Positions 38,332-47,634 of a stretch of DNA of 64,000 bases are shown in pieces. Source of the DNA: Euryarchaeota archaeon UBA438 (GTDB taxonomy: Archaea; Thermoplasmatota; Poseidoniia; Poseidoniales; Thalassarchaeaceae); NCBI GenBank assembly GCA_002504435.1, contig DAQP01000043.1, positions 16,810 to 80,809 of the forward strand, given 5' to 3'. Each line of letters opens with the position of its first letter. Position 1 is the first letter of the stretch. A model generated the notes under the pieces. That model was not told where the DNA came from, ran no database searches, and was given only the letters and a program-made list of their open reading frames with translations. A program made the translations under genes and the position numbers.

Positions 38332-39573
38332 ATGGGCGGAGACAGTTCTGACATCCCCCTCCACATCCCGGATGCGCCGCATAGGCCAGGAGAAGATGCG
38401 GAGTTTGCGGACTGGCCTTGGAAGCCGGAAGATCTAGGGATGCTAGAAATCGATTGCTCGGCTGAGGACTCGTCGGGACATGCGACGGGGCTAGTCAGAG
38501 TTCTGGGAGATGACAACAGCGCCTCAGGAAAGTGGGATCCGAAGCTTTCTGCTGAAGAGTTGAGGATGGGCCTTGAGCATATGCTAAGACTGCGTATTTT
38601 CGACGACAGGATGATGAAAATGCAGCGTACTGGCAAGCTTTCATTCTACATGAGGTCTTTTGGCGAGGAGGCGGTGGCAATTGCCCAAACAATGGCACTA
38701 GAGAATCAGGATTGGTTGTTCCCTACTTACCGGCAACCCGGCGCTCAGTTCGTTAGGGGACGTGACATGGTAAGCATGATTTGCCATTGCATTGGTAACG
38801 AGAAGGATAACGTAAAGGGGCGGCAAATGCCGGTCCACTACACCTACAAGGAAGGGAGGTTCATCTCAGTCTCGAGCCCCGTCGGGACACAGTTCAGCCA
38901 GGCAGTAGGCGTTGCTCTGGCCTCTAGGTACAAGGAGCTTGACGAGGTCACAATTACATGGATTGGGGACGGGGCCAGTGCAGAGGGCGACTATCATTAT
39001 GCACTGAATTTTGCTGGCATATTCAAAGCTCCCGTGATTCTAAATGTTGTAAACAATCAATGGGCGATTTCGACCCACAGCAACTTCGCTAGCGGTTTGC
39101 AGAATTTCGCCATCCGGGGCATACCTTACGGAATACCAAGCATCAGGGTTGACGGGAATGACTTCCTAGCACTATTTTCTGTAACTAGGTGGGCTAGAGA
39201 GAGGGCATCCAAGGGACTGGGGGCGACACACATAGAGGTTCTAACCTACCGAGCAGGGGCACATAGCAGCAGTGACGACCCATCCAGATACAGGCCCCAG
39301 GACGAAAACGAGCATTGGCCGGGAGGGGATCCAATTGAGAGGTTGAAAGACCACCTAATTAGTATCGAGGAGTGGTCTGAGGAAGATCACGCAGAATTAT
39401 CCGAGAGGCTGGACTCGGAGGTCATGAGTGCTTACAAGGAGGCAGTAAAATTCGGCGATCTTGCAAATGGCCCTTACCCCTCATCGGACGCCATCTTCAC
39501 TGAAGTCTACGAGAGCCCCCCCTGGCATCTAGTGGAACAATGGGACGAGATGAAGAAGTGGAGGGACGAATAA
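38332..39573 (+). CDS. bkdA1: Branched-chain 2-oxoacid dehydrogenase E1 alpha
   Basis: N-terminal LHIPDAPHRPG, KGRQMPVHY, GDGASAEG...NNQWAIST, YRAGAHSSSDDPSRY. Confidence 0.92.
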   Translation: MGGDSSDIPLHIPDAPHRPGEDAEFADWPWKPEDLGMLEIDCSAEDSSGHATGLVRVLGDDNSASGKWDPKLSAEELRMGLEHMLRLRIFDDRMMKMQRTGKLSFYMRSFGEEAVAIAQTMALENQDWLFPTYRQPGAQFVRGRDMVSMICHCIGNEKDNVKGRQMPVHYTYKEGRFISVSSPVGTQFSQAVGVALASRYKELDEVTITWIGDGASAEGDYHYALNFAGIFKAPVILNVVNNQWAISTHSNFASGLQNFAIRGIPYGIPSIRVDGNDFLALFSVTRWARERASKGLGATHIEVLTYRAGAHSSSDDPSRYRPQDENEHWPGGDPIERLKDHLISIEEWSEEDHAELSERLDSEVMSAYKEAVKFGDLANGPYPSSDAIFTEVYESPPWHLVEQWDEMKKWRDE

Positions 39574-40583
39574 TGCCTAACATGAATATGGTTGAGTCGG
39601 TGAACAGCGCTCTAGACACCATGCTTTCAAATGATAATGATGTAATCATTTTCGGGGAAGACGTGGGGTACTTCGGAGGGGTATTCAGGACTTCTGATGG
39701 CCTTCAGGAGAAGTTCGGCAAGCATCGTGTTTTCGACTCGCCTCTCTCAGAGGGGGGAATTGCGGCTACTGCCTTTGGGATGGGGATCAATGGACTGAGG
39801 CCAGTTGTGGAAATTCAGTTTGCAGACTACATCTTCCCTGCCTATGATCAGATTGTAAACGAGATGGCAAAGATCAGGCACAGGTCAGGAGGGGAATTCT
39901 GGTGCCCAGTCACCATTAGGACCCCCGCGGGAGGGGGGATTAGGGGCGGACATCACCACTCACAGTCCCCGGAAGCGCAATTCACTCACACCCCGGGACT
40001 CAAAGTAGTCTATTGCTCGACACCATACAACGCGAAGGGGCTTCTAATCAGTGCAATTGAAGACAACGACCCTGTTATTTTCTTTGAGCCAAAGAGATGC
40101 TACAGAGGGCCGTTCTATGGTGATCCCCACAATGTTCCGACCTGGAGTGGGCATCCTGAGGCCGAGGTCCCTGAGTCCCACTATTCAGTTCCACTCGGAG
40201 AAGCGCGTCTGGCAATTGAGGGCGAGGATTGCACAGTCATTGCGTGGGGCGCCATGGTGCATGTTTGCGAGCAGGCGATCAAAGATAGTGGCATTTCCTG
40301 CGATCTAATAGACCTTCAAACCCTAGTTCCTTGGGACAGGGAAGCGATTGAGAAGTCAATAACGAAGACTGGGCGTTGTGTGATTGTACACGAGGCCCCG
40401 AAAACAAGCGGTTTTGGGGCAGAAATGGCAGCTTCCATACAAGAAAGATGTTTCTGGAGCCTTGAATCGCCAATTGAAAGAGTGACGGGTTGGGATACAC
40501 CTTTTCCCCATACTACTGAATGGGATTACATGCCCGGACCGGACAGGATAGCCGCGGCGATCGCGAGGACGCAGGAGGAATGA
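39573..40583 (+). CDS. bkdA2: Branched-chain 2-oxoacid dehydrogenase E1 beta
   Basis: FGEDVGYFGGVFR, EIQFADYIFPA, GGHHHSQSPEA, FFEPKR, VTGWDTPFP. Confidence 0.93.
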   Translation: MPNMNMVESVNSALDTMLSNDNDVIIFGEDVGYFGGVFRTSDGLQEKFGKHRVFDSPLSEGGIAATAFGMGINGLRPVVEIQFADYIFPAYDQIVNEMAKIRHRSGGEFWCPVTIRTPAGGGIRGGHHHSQSPEAQFTHTPGLKVVYCSTPYNAKGLLISAIEDNDPVIFFEPKRCYRGPFYGDPHNVPTWSGHPEAEVPESHYSVPLGEARLAIEGEDCTVIAWGAMVHVCEQAIKDSGISCDLIDLQTLVPWDREAIEKSITKTGRCVIVHEAPKTSGFGAEMAASIQERCFWSLESPIERVTGWDTPFPHTTEWDYMPGPDRIAAAIARTQEE

Positions 40584-41866
40584 GCATGGGAAACTACGAT
40601 TTCAAGCTCCCAGATATTGGAGAGGGAGTTGTTGAGGGGGAAGTTGTAACATGGCATGTTTCCGTGGGCGACAAGGTATCCGAAGACGATCCTCTTGTGG
40701 ATGTAATGACTGACAAAGCGACAGTGACCATACCGTCTCCCACTGATGGCGTGGTTTCCTCACTGAGTGGTGAAGTGGGGGATATGATTGCAGTTGGAAC
40801 TACCTTGGTTGAATTCGATTCCGAGGGAAGCCAGGTTAAGCCAGAGGAGGTCGAAGAAAAGGTGGCTGAGGAGCCAGAAGAGGCCCCTGTTGCGGAACCA
40901 GAGCCCGTCGAAAGGGCGCCTGATCCGGCACCCCCGGCGATATCCCCTCCAACTCCAGAGATCAAGGTCCCTGCTGCTACCAAGAAGAAGGGCGGGGCTA
41001 TTTTGGCTAGTCCTGCGGTGCGTAGGAGGGCCCGGGAGTCGGGGGTGGAGTTGTCCAGCCTCAATGGTAGCGGCCCGGCAGGAAGGGTTCGTCATGCTGA
41101 CATTGATGCATTCCTAGCTGGCGGGGGAGCGGTGATGGGAGCTGCTCCAGCTGCTTATTCGACTAAGAGGACGGATGTAACAGAGGTCAAGGTCGTGGGA
41201 CTTAGGAGGAAGATTTCGGAGCAGATGGTCAAGAGTGCCTTCTCCATTCCTCATTTCTCGTATTTCGAGGAGGTGGATGTTACTGAGCTTGAAGAGTTAC
41301 GTCAAATGCTGAATTCGAGCAGGACTCCTGAACAACCGAAGCTGACATATCTGCCATTCATCATGCTGGCACTCTCCAAGATTATGCCAGAACACCCAGA
41401 ATGCAATGGCCACTTCTACGATGAATCAGGGGTTGTGCACAGGCATTCAGCAGTCAATCTTGGAATTGCTACTCAAACGGATCGCGGACTCTACGTACCT
41501 GTCGTTAAGCATGTCGAGTCCCTGGATATATGGAATGCAGCTAGTGAGCTAATCAGGGTTTCAGGGGCGGCTAGAGACGGTACGGCAAGTCTGGATGACC
41601 TGACGGGTTCGACATTCACCATTACGAGTCTTGGAAGGGAGGGTGGCCTAGGTGCCACTCCAATAATCAACCACCCCGAGATGTCGATACTAGGGGTCCA
41701 CAAAGCAAGGGATATGCCAGTGGCCAGAGGCGGGCAGATAGTTGTCAGGAGAATTATGAATTTGTCAAGTTCGTTCGACCACAGGGTGGTTGATGGAGCT
41801 GATGGCGCGAGGCTGATTCAGCACCTGAAAAGGATGCTCGAGCATCCTGCCCTGATCTTCATGTGA
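40580..41866 (+). CDS. bkdB: Dihydrolipoamide acyltransferase E2
   Basis: Lipoyl domain VMTDKA, E3-binding ASPAVRRRA...GSGPAGRV, catalytic DHRVVDG. Confidence 0.95.
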   Translation: MSMGNYDFKLPDIGEGVVEGEVVTWHVSVGDKVSEDDPLVDVMTDKATVTIPSPTDGVVSSLSGEVGDMIAVGTTLVEFDSEGSQVKPEEVEEKVAEEPEEAPVAEPEPVERAPDPAPPAISPPTPEIKVPAATKKKGGAILASPAVRRRARESGVELSSLNGSGPAGRVRHADIDAFLAGGGAVMGAAPAAYSTKRTDVTEVKVVGLRRKISEQMVKSAFSIPHFSYFEEVDVTELEELRQMLNSSRTPEQPKLTYLPFIMLALSKIMPEHPECNGHFYDESGVVHRHSAVNLGIATQTDRGLYVPVVKHVESLDIWNAASELIRVSGAARDGTASLDDLTGSTFTITSLGREGGLGATPIINHPEMSILGVHKARDMPVARGGQIVVRRIMNLSSSFDHRVVDGADGARLIQHLKRMLEHPALIFM

Positions 41867-41875
41867 GGATTCGAC

Positions 41876-43312
41876 ATGTCTGAATTAAGAAAGTGTCAGG
41901 TTCTCATCGTCGGCGCTGGCCCTGGTGGCTATGTTGCTGGAATCAGATCCGGTCAACTGGGACTGGACACGATAGTTGTTGAGGGGGACAAGGCAGGAGG
42001 AACTTGTCTGATCAGAGGATGCATTCCTAGTAAGGCAATGATACACGCTGCTGAGCGTTTCGAGTCCCTGAGTCAGCACGCATCGGAAGGAGGGCATATG
42101 GGCATCTCGGTTTCTGAAGGGCCGATGCTGGACATGTCAGCCATGGTTTCATGGAAGGATGAGATTGTTGAGCGGCTGAACAAAGGTGTTGAGTCGTTAT
42201 TGAAAGGAGCGGGTGTTGAACTATTGAAGGGCTGGGCTAATTTCACGTCCCCCAAGAGGTGCTCAGTGGAAACCTCAGAAGGCACCATTGAGATTGAGGC
42301 TGAAAATGTCATACTAGCTACTGGATCAAGTCATATTGACCTGCCTTTCATGCCTTGTGATGAAGAATTCATTCTATCTTCAACCGGGGCTCTAGACCTC
42401 AAGAATCTGCCAAAAAAGGTGGCCATTGTTGGTGGCGGATACATCGGCCTAGAGTTGGGTTGCGCACTGGCCAAACTAGGTTCTGAAGTTACTGTCGTGG
42501 AGGGGATGGATAGCATACTTGGGATATTTGACAAGGAATTGAGGAGGCCCTTGGAAATTTGGCTAAAGAAGCACGGAGTTGTCGTGCACACTAAGTCCCT
42601 CGCCAGAGGGGCCGAAGTGAAGGGCAGGGGCGCCTCGAAAAAGGTCGAGTTGAAGTTCGAAAAGGGAGGGGAGGAACACACCCTGAAGGTCGACAAGGTA
42701 TTGGTAACGGTTGGAAGGAAACCGAACACGAGTGACTGGGGTCTGGAAAAGACTGGTGTTAGGATGGATGCGTCGGGGCGATTCATCAGGATAGACAGGA
42801 AGTGTAGGACTAATGTTCCCGGAGTTTATGCAATAGGGGACGTCTCTGGGGAGCCGATGCTGGCTCACAAGGCTAGCGCACAGGGCGAAATGGTGGCGGA
42901 GATCATCTCCGGCCTTGACAGGGAGTTTGACAAAATCTCAATTCCTGCTATCGTCTTCACCGAGCCAGAGGTGGTTTCTGTTGGGCTCCTCCCAGAGGAG
43001 GCTGAAGAGAGGGGGGAGTCCGTAATTATAGGCAAGTTCCCATTAGCTGCCAATGGTAGAGCCCTAACTCTCGAGGCGGAAAAGACAGGTGGTTTTGTCA
43101 GAGTTGTGGCTAGAGAATCTGATCATGTGATATTAGGAATTCAGGCAGTAGGCAGTCATGTGGCCGAGCTCCATGGGGAATTCGTTCTGGCCTTGGAGAT
43201 GGGCGCACTATTGGAGGACATTGCAGAAACTGTCCACGCTCACCCGACAATGGCAGAGGCTTTCCACGAGAGCGTCTTGAAGACACTTGGACACGCCATA
43301 CATTCGGCATGA
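41876..43312 (+). CDS. lpdA: Dihydrolipoamide dehydrogenase E3
   Basis: GAGPGGY, GGTCLIRGCIPSK, GGGYIGLE, HAHPTMAE. Confidence 0.97.
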   Translation: MSELRKCQVLIVGAGPGGYVAGIRSGQLGLDTIVVEGDKAGGTCLIRGCIPSKAMIHAAERFESLSQHASEGGHMGISVSEGPMLDMSAMVSWKDEIVERLNKGVESLLKGAGVELLKGWANFTSPKRCSVETSEGTIEIEAENVILATGSSHIDLPFMPCDEEFILSSTGALDLKNLPKKVAIVGGGYIGLELGCALAKLGSEVTVVEGMDSILGIFDKELRRPLEIWLKKHGVVVHTKSLARGAEVKGRGASKKVELKFEKGGEEHTLKVDKVLVTVGRKPNTSDWGLEKTGVRMDASGRFIRIDRKCRTNVPGVYAIGDVSGEPMLAHKASAQGEMVAEIISGLDREFDKISIPAIVFTEPEVVSVGLLPEEAEERGESVIIGKFPLAANGRALTLEAEKTGGFVRVVARESDHVILGIQAVGSHVAELHGEFVLALEMGALLEDIAETVHAHPTMAEAFHESVLKTLGHAIHSA

Positions 43313-43321
43313 GGTTTGGCA

Positions 43322-43996
43322 ATGAGGGAGATTAGGGTCCTCAGAGCGGGAATGGTCGAGCATTCCCTTGTTTCAAAGGCCATGAAGGAGCTCCAGAAAG
43401 AAAGGATTGAGGATAAAATTCCGGATACACTCATCATTGTAGAGCACCCCGAGGTTGTAACCATAGGGCCAAAGGCCAGGAGGGATGGGGTCGAAGTTGA
43501 TGGCTACCCCACAACAGAGACTGATAGAGGAGGTGGGATAACCTGGCATGGACCTGGCCAGTTGGTGGTTTACCCCATCATTAAGTGGGAAGTAGGGGAG
43601 CAGAGCGTCAGGAAAATCATCGGAATACTGGAGGACTGGTCCATTGCCGCTATGGGAGAATGTGGTGTTGAGTCCTACAAAGATCCGTCAATGCAAGGGG
43701 CCTGGGTAGATGGGTACAAAGTCTGTTCAATTGGTCTGTCATTTTTGCACTGGGTTAGTCGGCATGGCATGTCGATTAATGTCGATACTCCCGGCTCCAG
43801 GGTTGAGAATCTGGAAGGTTGTGGGATGACAAGAGGGACTCATACAAGTCTGCACCAGCTTGGATACACGCATGATGAATCTGGAGAGCCCCTGGACATT
43901 CTCCGATTCGAAGAGGCGTTGCTTGAAACCTGCGAGGAAATTCTGAAAAGGACCCCAATGAGGCCTGAAAATTGGACTCCGGAAGTATTGGCATGA
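43322..43996 (+). CDS. lipB: Octanoyltransferase LipB
   Basis: EHPEVVTIG, DRGGGITWHGPGQLVVYPI, KVCSIG, HGMSINV, GCG. Confidence 0.92.
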   Translation: MREIRVLRAGMVEHSLVSKAMKELQKERIEDKIPDTLIIVEHPEVVTIGPKARRDGVEVDGYPTTETDRGGGITWHGPGQLVVYPIIKWEVGEQSVRKIIGILEDWSIAAMGECGVESYKDPSMQGAWVDGYKVCSIGLSFLHWVSRHGMSINVDTPGSRVENLEGCGMTRGTHTSLHQLGYTHDESGEPLDILRFEEALLETCEEILKRTPMRPENWTPEVLA

Positions 43997-45186
43997 TTCC
44001 TAAGAAGGGGGACTTATCCAGCCACTGGGGCCTCGATGAAGAAACCGTATTTCTGAACCATGGTTCATTCGGAGCGACACCGATTGCTGTATTGGAGGAA
44101 CAGAATAGACTCAGAAGACTGATGGAGGACGATCCTGTATTATTCGTCGAGAGGGTAAGCCGCGACCTTTGGTGGGAATCCATAATTGCAATCTCCAAAT
44201 TCATGAATGCCGATCCCGACGGGATGGCATTTGTCACAAATGCCACCGCTGGCGTCAATACGATTCTGAGATCCTTGGATCTGGAAAAGGGGGATGAAAT
44301 AATTGTTCCAAATCATGCATACCAAGCGTGTTGGAACGCTGTTGATTTCGTTACCTCTAGATCAGGTGCCAAAACAGTGGTTGTTGACATCCCATTCAGG
44401 GTGGAAAGCGAAGAAGAGATTGTCAATCTCGTTATGGGTGCCATAACCGATAGGACTGTTCTAGTGATGATAGATACGGTGACTAGCCCCACGGGACTGA
44501 GAATGCCATTCGAAAAATTGGTTAGGGAAATTCAGGGAAGGGGCGTTGATGTCCTTCTTGATGCGGCTCACGGTCCCGGCATTGTTGAGATAGACATCTC
44601 CGACTTGCGACCGGCCTACATCACTGGCAACTGTCACAAGTGGATTTGTACGCCGAAGGGTTCAGCATTCCTACACATAAGAGAAGACAGGAAGCACCTG
44701 ATTAAACCGCTAAATATCGGTCACGGTTATTCTAGCGACGGTACGGATCAGGAGAAATTCAGATTCGAATTCGATTGGCCGGGAACCCAAGATCCGACTG
44801 CTTGGCTTTGTATCCCATTTGCACTGAAATACATGGAGGGTTTAGTCGATGGGGGGTGGCCAGAGATAATGGAAAGAAACAGGAGGCTTGCCCTGAAAGG
44901 CAGGAATATTATCTGCGAGGCCTTAGGGACGACTCCTCCGACGCCCGAATCTATGATTTCATCACTAGCTGCCGTTGAGTTCCCATGGGAAGGTGAGGTT
45001 GTCGCCCCGGGGATGGAGGGGGATCCTATTCACAATTACCTGTATGACGATTTCAAGATACAGGTTCCCGTGATGGCGTGGGCGCATCACGGCACCAAAT
45101 ACATCAGAATCTCTGCTCAACTTTACAATCACGAAGATGAATACATTTACCTTGGAGAAGCATTGAAAGAAATCCTTGGCAGGTAG
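43993..45186 (+). CDS. Class V PLP-dependent enzyme (isopenicillin-N epimerase / L-cysteine desulfhydrase / Egt2-like)
   Basis: FLNHGSFGATP, NATAGVN, LDAAHGPG, GNCHKWICTPKGSAFL, RISAQLYN. Confidence 0.88.
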   Translation: MIPKKGDLSSHWGLDEETVFLNHGSFGATPIAVLEEQNRLRRLMEDDPVLFVERVSRDLWWESIIAISKFMNADPDGMAFVTNATAGVNTILRSLDLEKGDEIIVPNHAYQACWNAVDFVTSRSGAKTVVVDIPFRVESEEEIVNLVMGAITDRTVLVMIDTVTSPTGLRMPFEKLVREIQGRGVDVLLDAAHGPGIVEIDISDLRPAYITGNCHKWICTPKGSAFLHIREDRKHLIKPLNIGHGYSSDGTDQEKFRFEFDWPGTQDPTAWLCIPFALKYMEGLVDGGWPEIMERNRRLALKGRNIICEALGTTPPTPESMISSLAAVEFPWEGEVVAPGMEGDPIHNYLYDDFKIQVPVMAWAHHGTKYIRISAQLYNHEDEYIYLGEALKEILGR

Positions 45187-45223
45187 GAAACCATTCAAGT
45201 CCATTGGACGTGGCCCATCATAC

Positions 45224-45802
45224 ATGCCGGAGGCGGTAGTGGCGATAACTGGGGCCTCTGGAGCCAGGTATGGAGTGAGGCTAGTAGAGCAACTGAGCAA
45301 CTGTGGATGGAATGTAGATCTAATTGTTACAGGGGCTGGCGCCATTAATCTCGATCTGGAATGTGGGATGAAACCAGAAGAGCTATCGGAAATCAACGGA
45401 GTTACGCTGCACAGTAATGCTAACCTTGCTGCTAAACCGGCTTCTGGATCAGCGAAGTATGATGCATACATCCTCTGTCCTGCCAGTGGAACCACAATAG
45501 GGAAGGTAGCCTCAGGAATCTCAGATAACTTGGCCACCAGGAGCGCCCTTGTGGCAATTAAGGAGAGGAGAAAACTGATTCTAGTCCCCAGAGAGACCCC
45601 GATGTCAACACCTCATCTCGAGGCTATGGCAAGGATGTCATCATGGGGCGTTGTGATACTTCCGGCAAACCCCGGGTTCTATCACGCTCCAACGACAATC
45701 GAGGAATTGGTGGACTTTGTTGTTGCTAGGATACTCGACCAGCTAGATGTGGAACACGAGTTGGGAAATAGATGGACTGGCGAAGAAGTTTCACAGGATT
45801 AA
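45224..45802 (+). CDS. ubiX: Flavin prenyltransferase
   Basis: AITGASGARYG, PASGS, PAS..TIGK...GISDNL..R, KERRKLILVPRETP, PGFYH.P. Confidence 0.95.
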   Translation: MPEAVVAITGASGARYGVRLVEQLSNCGWNVDLIVTGAGAINLDLECGMKPEELSEINGVTLHSNANLAAKPASGSAKYDAYILCPASGTTIGKVASGISDNLATRSALVAIKERRKLILVPRETPMSTPHLEAMARMSSWGVVILPANPGFYHAPTTIEELVDFVVARILDQLDVEHELGNRWTGEEVSQD

Positions 45803-45864
45803 ACGTCACCTAGGGAATCGTTTTCCAAATGGGTTCAATAGTCAAGAGTGGTCGTAATTTCCCG

Positions 45865-47631
45865 ATGGGAGATGATTCTGATTGGTCGGAGCTTACCGTT
45901 TCAGAACTCAAAGAAGCTCTGAAATCGAGGGGTTTGCCAATTTCTGGTAACAAATCAGAACTCGTGGAGAGGATGCTAGAAAGCGAGGTCATTGATGCGG
46001 AAATAGTCGTCGAGGCTGAATCTACGGAAAATGAGGGGATATTGAGGAAGATTCTCTATTACAACTCGCCTGAAAATGTGCGAAAAGGAATAGGGAGAAT
46101 TCGCGAGATGCCTGTGCAGGTACTCGCAGTAGCAGCGGTGTTGATGGTTGGCGGTGCCGGGGGAGCTCTCCTCTACGGTGACGATATTATTGAGTGGATC
46201 CAGGGGGAGCCAGAATACAGGCTTATTGAGTTCGATCAGAGCCAAGTCAGGGAATATGCACAATCTCTTGTTGATCTTGGCCATCCCGAATGGGAGGGGA
46301 GAATGTCAGGCACTGTAGAAGAGCTGAATGCTGCTGAATCAATAAAAAACAACTTTACTTCGGCTGGGATACCTACAACAATGGATGAATTCGAAGTTCC
46401 AATGTTTGTTATTGGTGAGGAGCCGGAATTGTCTATTTGCGTGCCAGGGGATATTGGAGGGCTAATAGGCGGACCCACCCCCTGTTCGGGAGCGGATGTG
46501 AATAGGGAAGTTACATATTTCACTCATAGAGAAGAATTCGTCATCCAAGGATACAGCGGCTCGGCATCGGTTAGTCATGTCGAGAACATGGAAATCATCG
46601 ACTTGGGGAATGGTAGTTCTGAGGCTGATTGGGGTTCCGCAGCAAGCAAAATAGCAATGGTGTGGCTAGAAGAAGGGACAGATGGGAATACTGCATTACT
46701 TCAGCGAGCCATAGAAAATGACGTATACAGTATGATTACAGTAAACGCTAAACAGAACTGTGATGATTTGGTCATGGGCGATTGCGTACCATACTTCAAA
46801 TCGGTAGACAAAAGCCAATTCGATTTCATTCCAGACAGTTTCGGGTTCATCATGACCTCAAAGAGTGTCGGAGAAACAATTGTTGACATGGTGATAAATG
46901 GGGACGGGAGGTTGGGTATGATGACAGATGTCGATAATCAGGGGGTAGCGACCATACGTGTCCCTTGTGGCGTCATCCAAGGCAAGACCGAATCGGCCAT
47001 AGTTATGGGTGCGCACCATGACACAGTCTACAATGGACCTGGTGCTGTGGACGATACCTCAGGAGTCGCCACACTGCAAGAGATTGCTCGACAGTTTGGG
47101 ATACTTGAGTCTCAACTTGGAGAGCCAGAGCATACGCTATATTTCTGCACGTGGGGAGGGGAGGAGGAAGGCCTCTGGGGATCCAAAGAGTGGGTGGACA
47201 AGTACAGAACTATGCTTGGAGAGAATCTAAGGCTGTATGTGAACCTAGACATGAATCACGTCGATCTTGAGAGGAACACCGGTTTGACCATGTTCGGGAA
47301 CAGTAAGTCTGATGTCGAGTCATTGAGAGGGATTTCCAAGGCATTCTCTGAGTCGTTTCCTGAGCTTTCATCAAAATATGTCATCAACATCAGGGACATT
47401 GATTCGAGCGGGATGCCATATAATTCGGATCATGCGCCATTCGTTTACGAGATTGATAACGAGCCCGACGATGGCATGGAATACGGGAATGCAGTTGTGT
47501 GCTATGGTTCCGGTTCTACTGAATATCACACATATCTAGATAGGATGGACAGGTTCAATGAGGAGAGTTTGGTTGTTTCGGGGGTAATTTTTGGATCGTT
47601 AGTGAGATACCTCTCATATGGCGAGGCCTAG
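45865..47631 (+). CDS. SAP-domain, membrane-anchored M28 metallopeptidase (with probable PA domain)
   Basis: WSELTVSELKEALKSRGLPISGNKSELVERM (SAP), TM VLAVAAVLMVGGAGGALLY, GAHHD, GAVDDTSG, GEEEGLWGS, NLDM, SDHAPF, YHT. Confidence 0.88.
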   Translation: MGDDSDWSELTVSELKEALKSRGLPISGNKSELVERMLESEVIDAEIVVEAESTENEGILRKILYYNSPENVRKGIGRIREMPVQVLAVAAVLMVGGAGGALLYGDDIIEWIQGEPEYRLIEFDQSQVREYAQSLVDLGHPEWEGRMSGTVEELNAAESIKNNFTSAGIPTTMDEFEVPMFVIGEEPELSICVPGDIGGLIGGPTPCSGADVNREVTYFTHREEFVIQGYSGSASVSHVENMEIIDLGNGSSEADWGSAASKIAMVWLEEGTDGNTALLQRAIENDVYSMITVNAKQNCDDLVMGDCVPYFKSVDKSQFDFIPDSFGFIMTSKSVGETIVDMVINGDGRLGMMTDVDNQGVATIRVPCGVIQGKTESAIVMGAHHDTVYNGPGAVDDTSGVATLQEIARQFGILESQLGEPEHTLYFCTWGGEEEGLWGSKEWVDKYRTMLGENLRLYVNLDMNHVDLERNTGLTMFGNSKSDVESLRGISKAFSESFPELSSKYVINIRDIDSSGMPYNSDHAPFVYEIDNEPDDGMEYGNAVVCYGSGSTEYHTYLDRMDRFNEESLVVSGVIFGSLVRYLSYGEA

Positions 47632-47634
47632 TAC

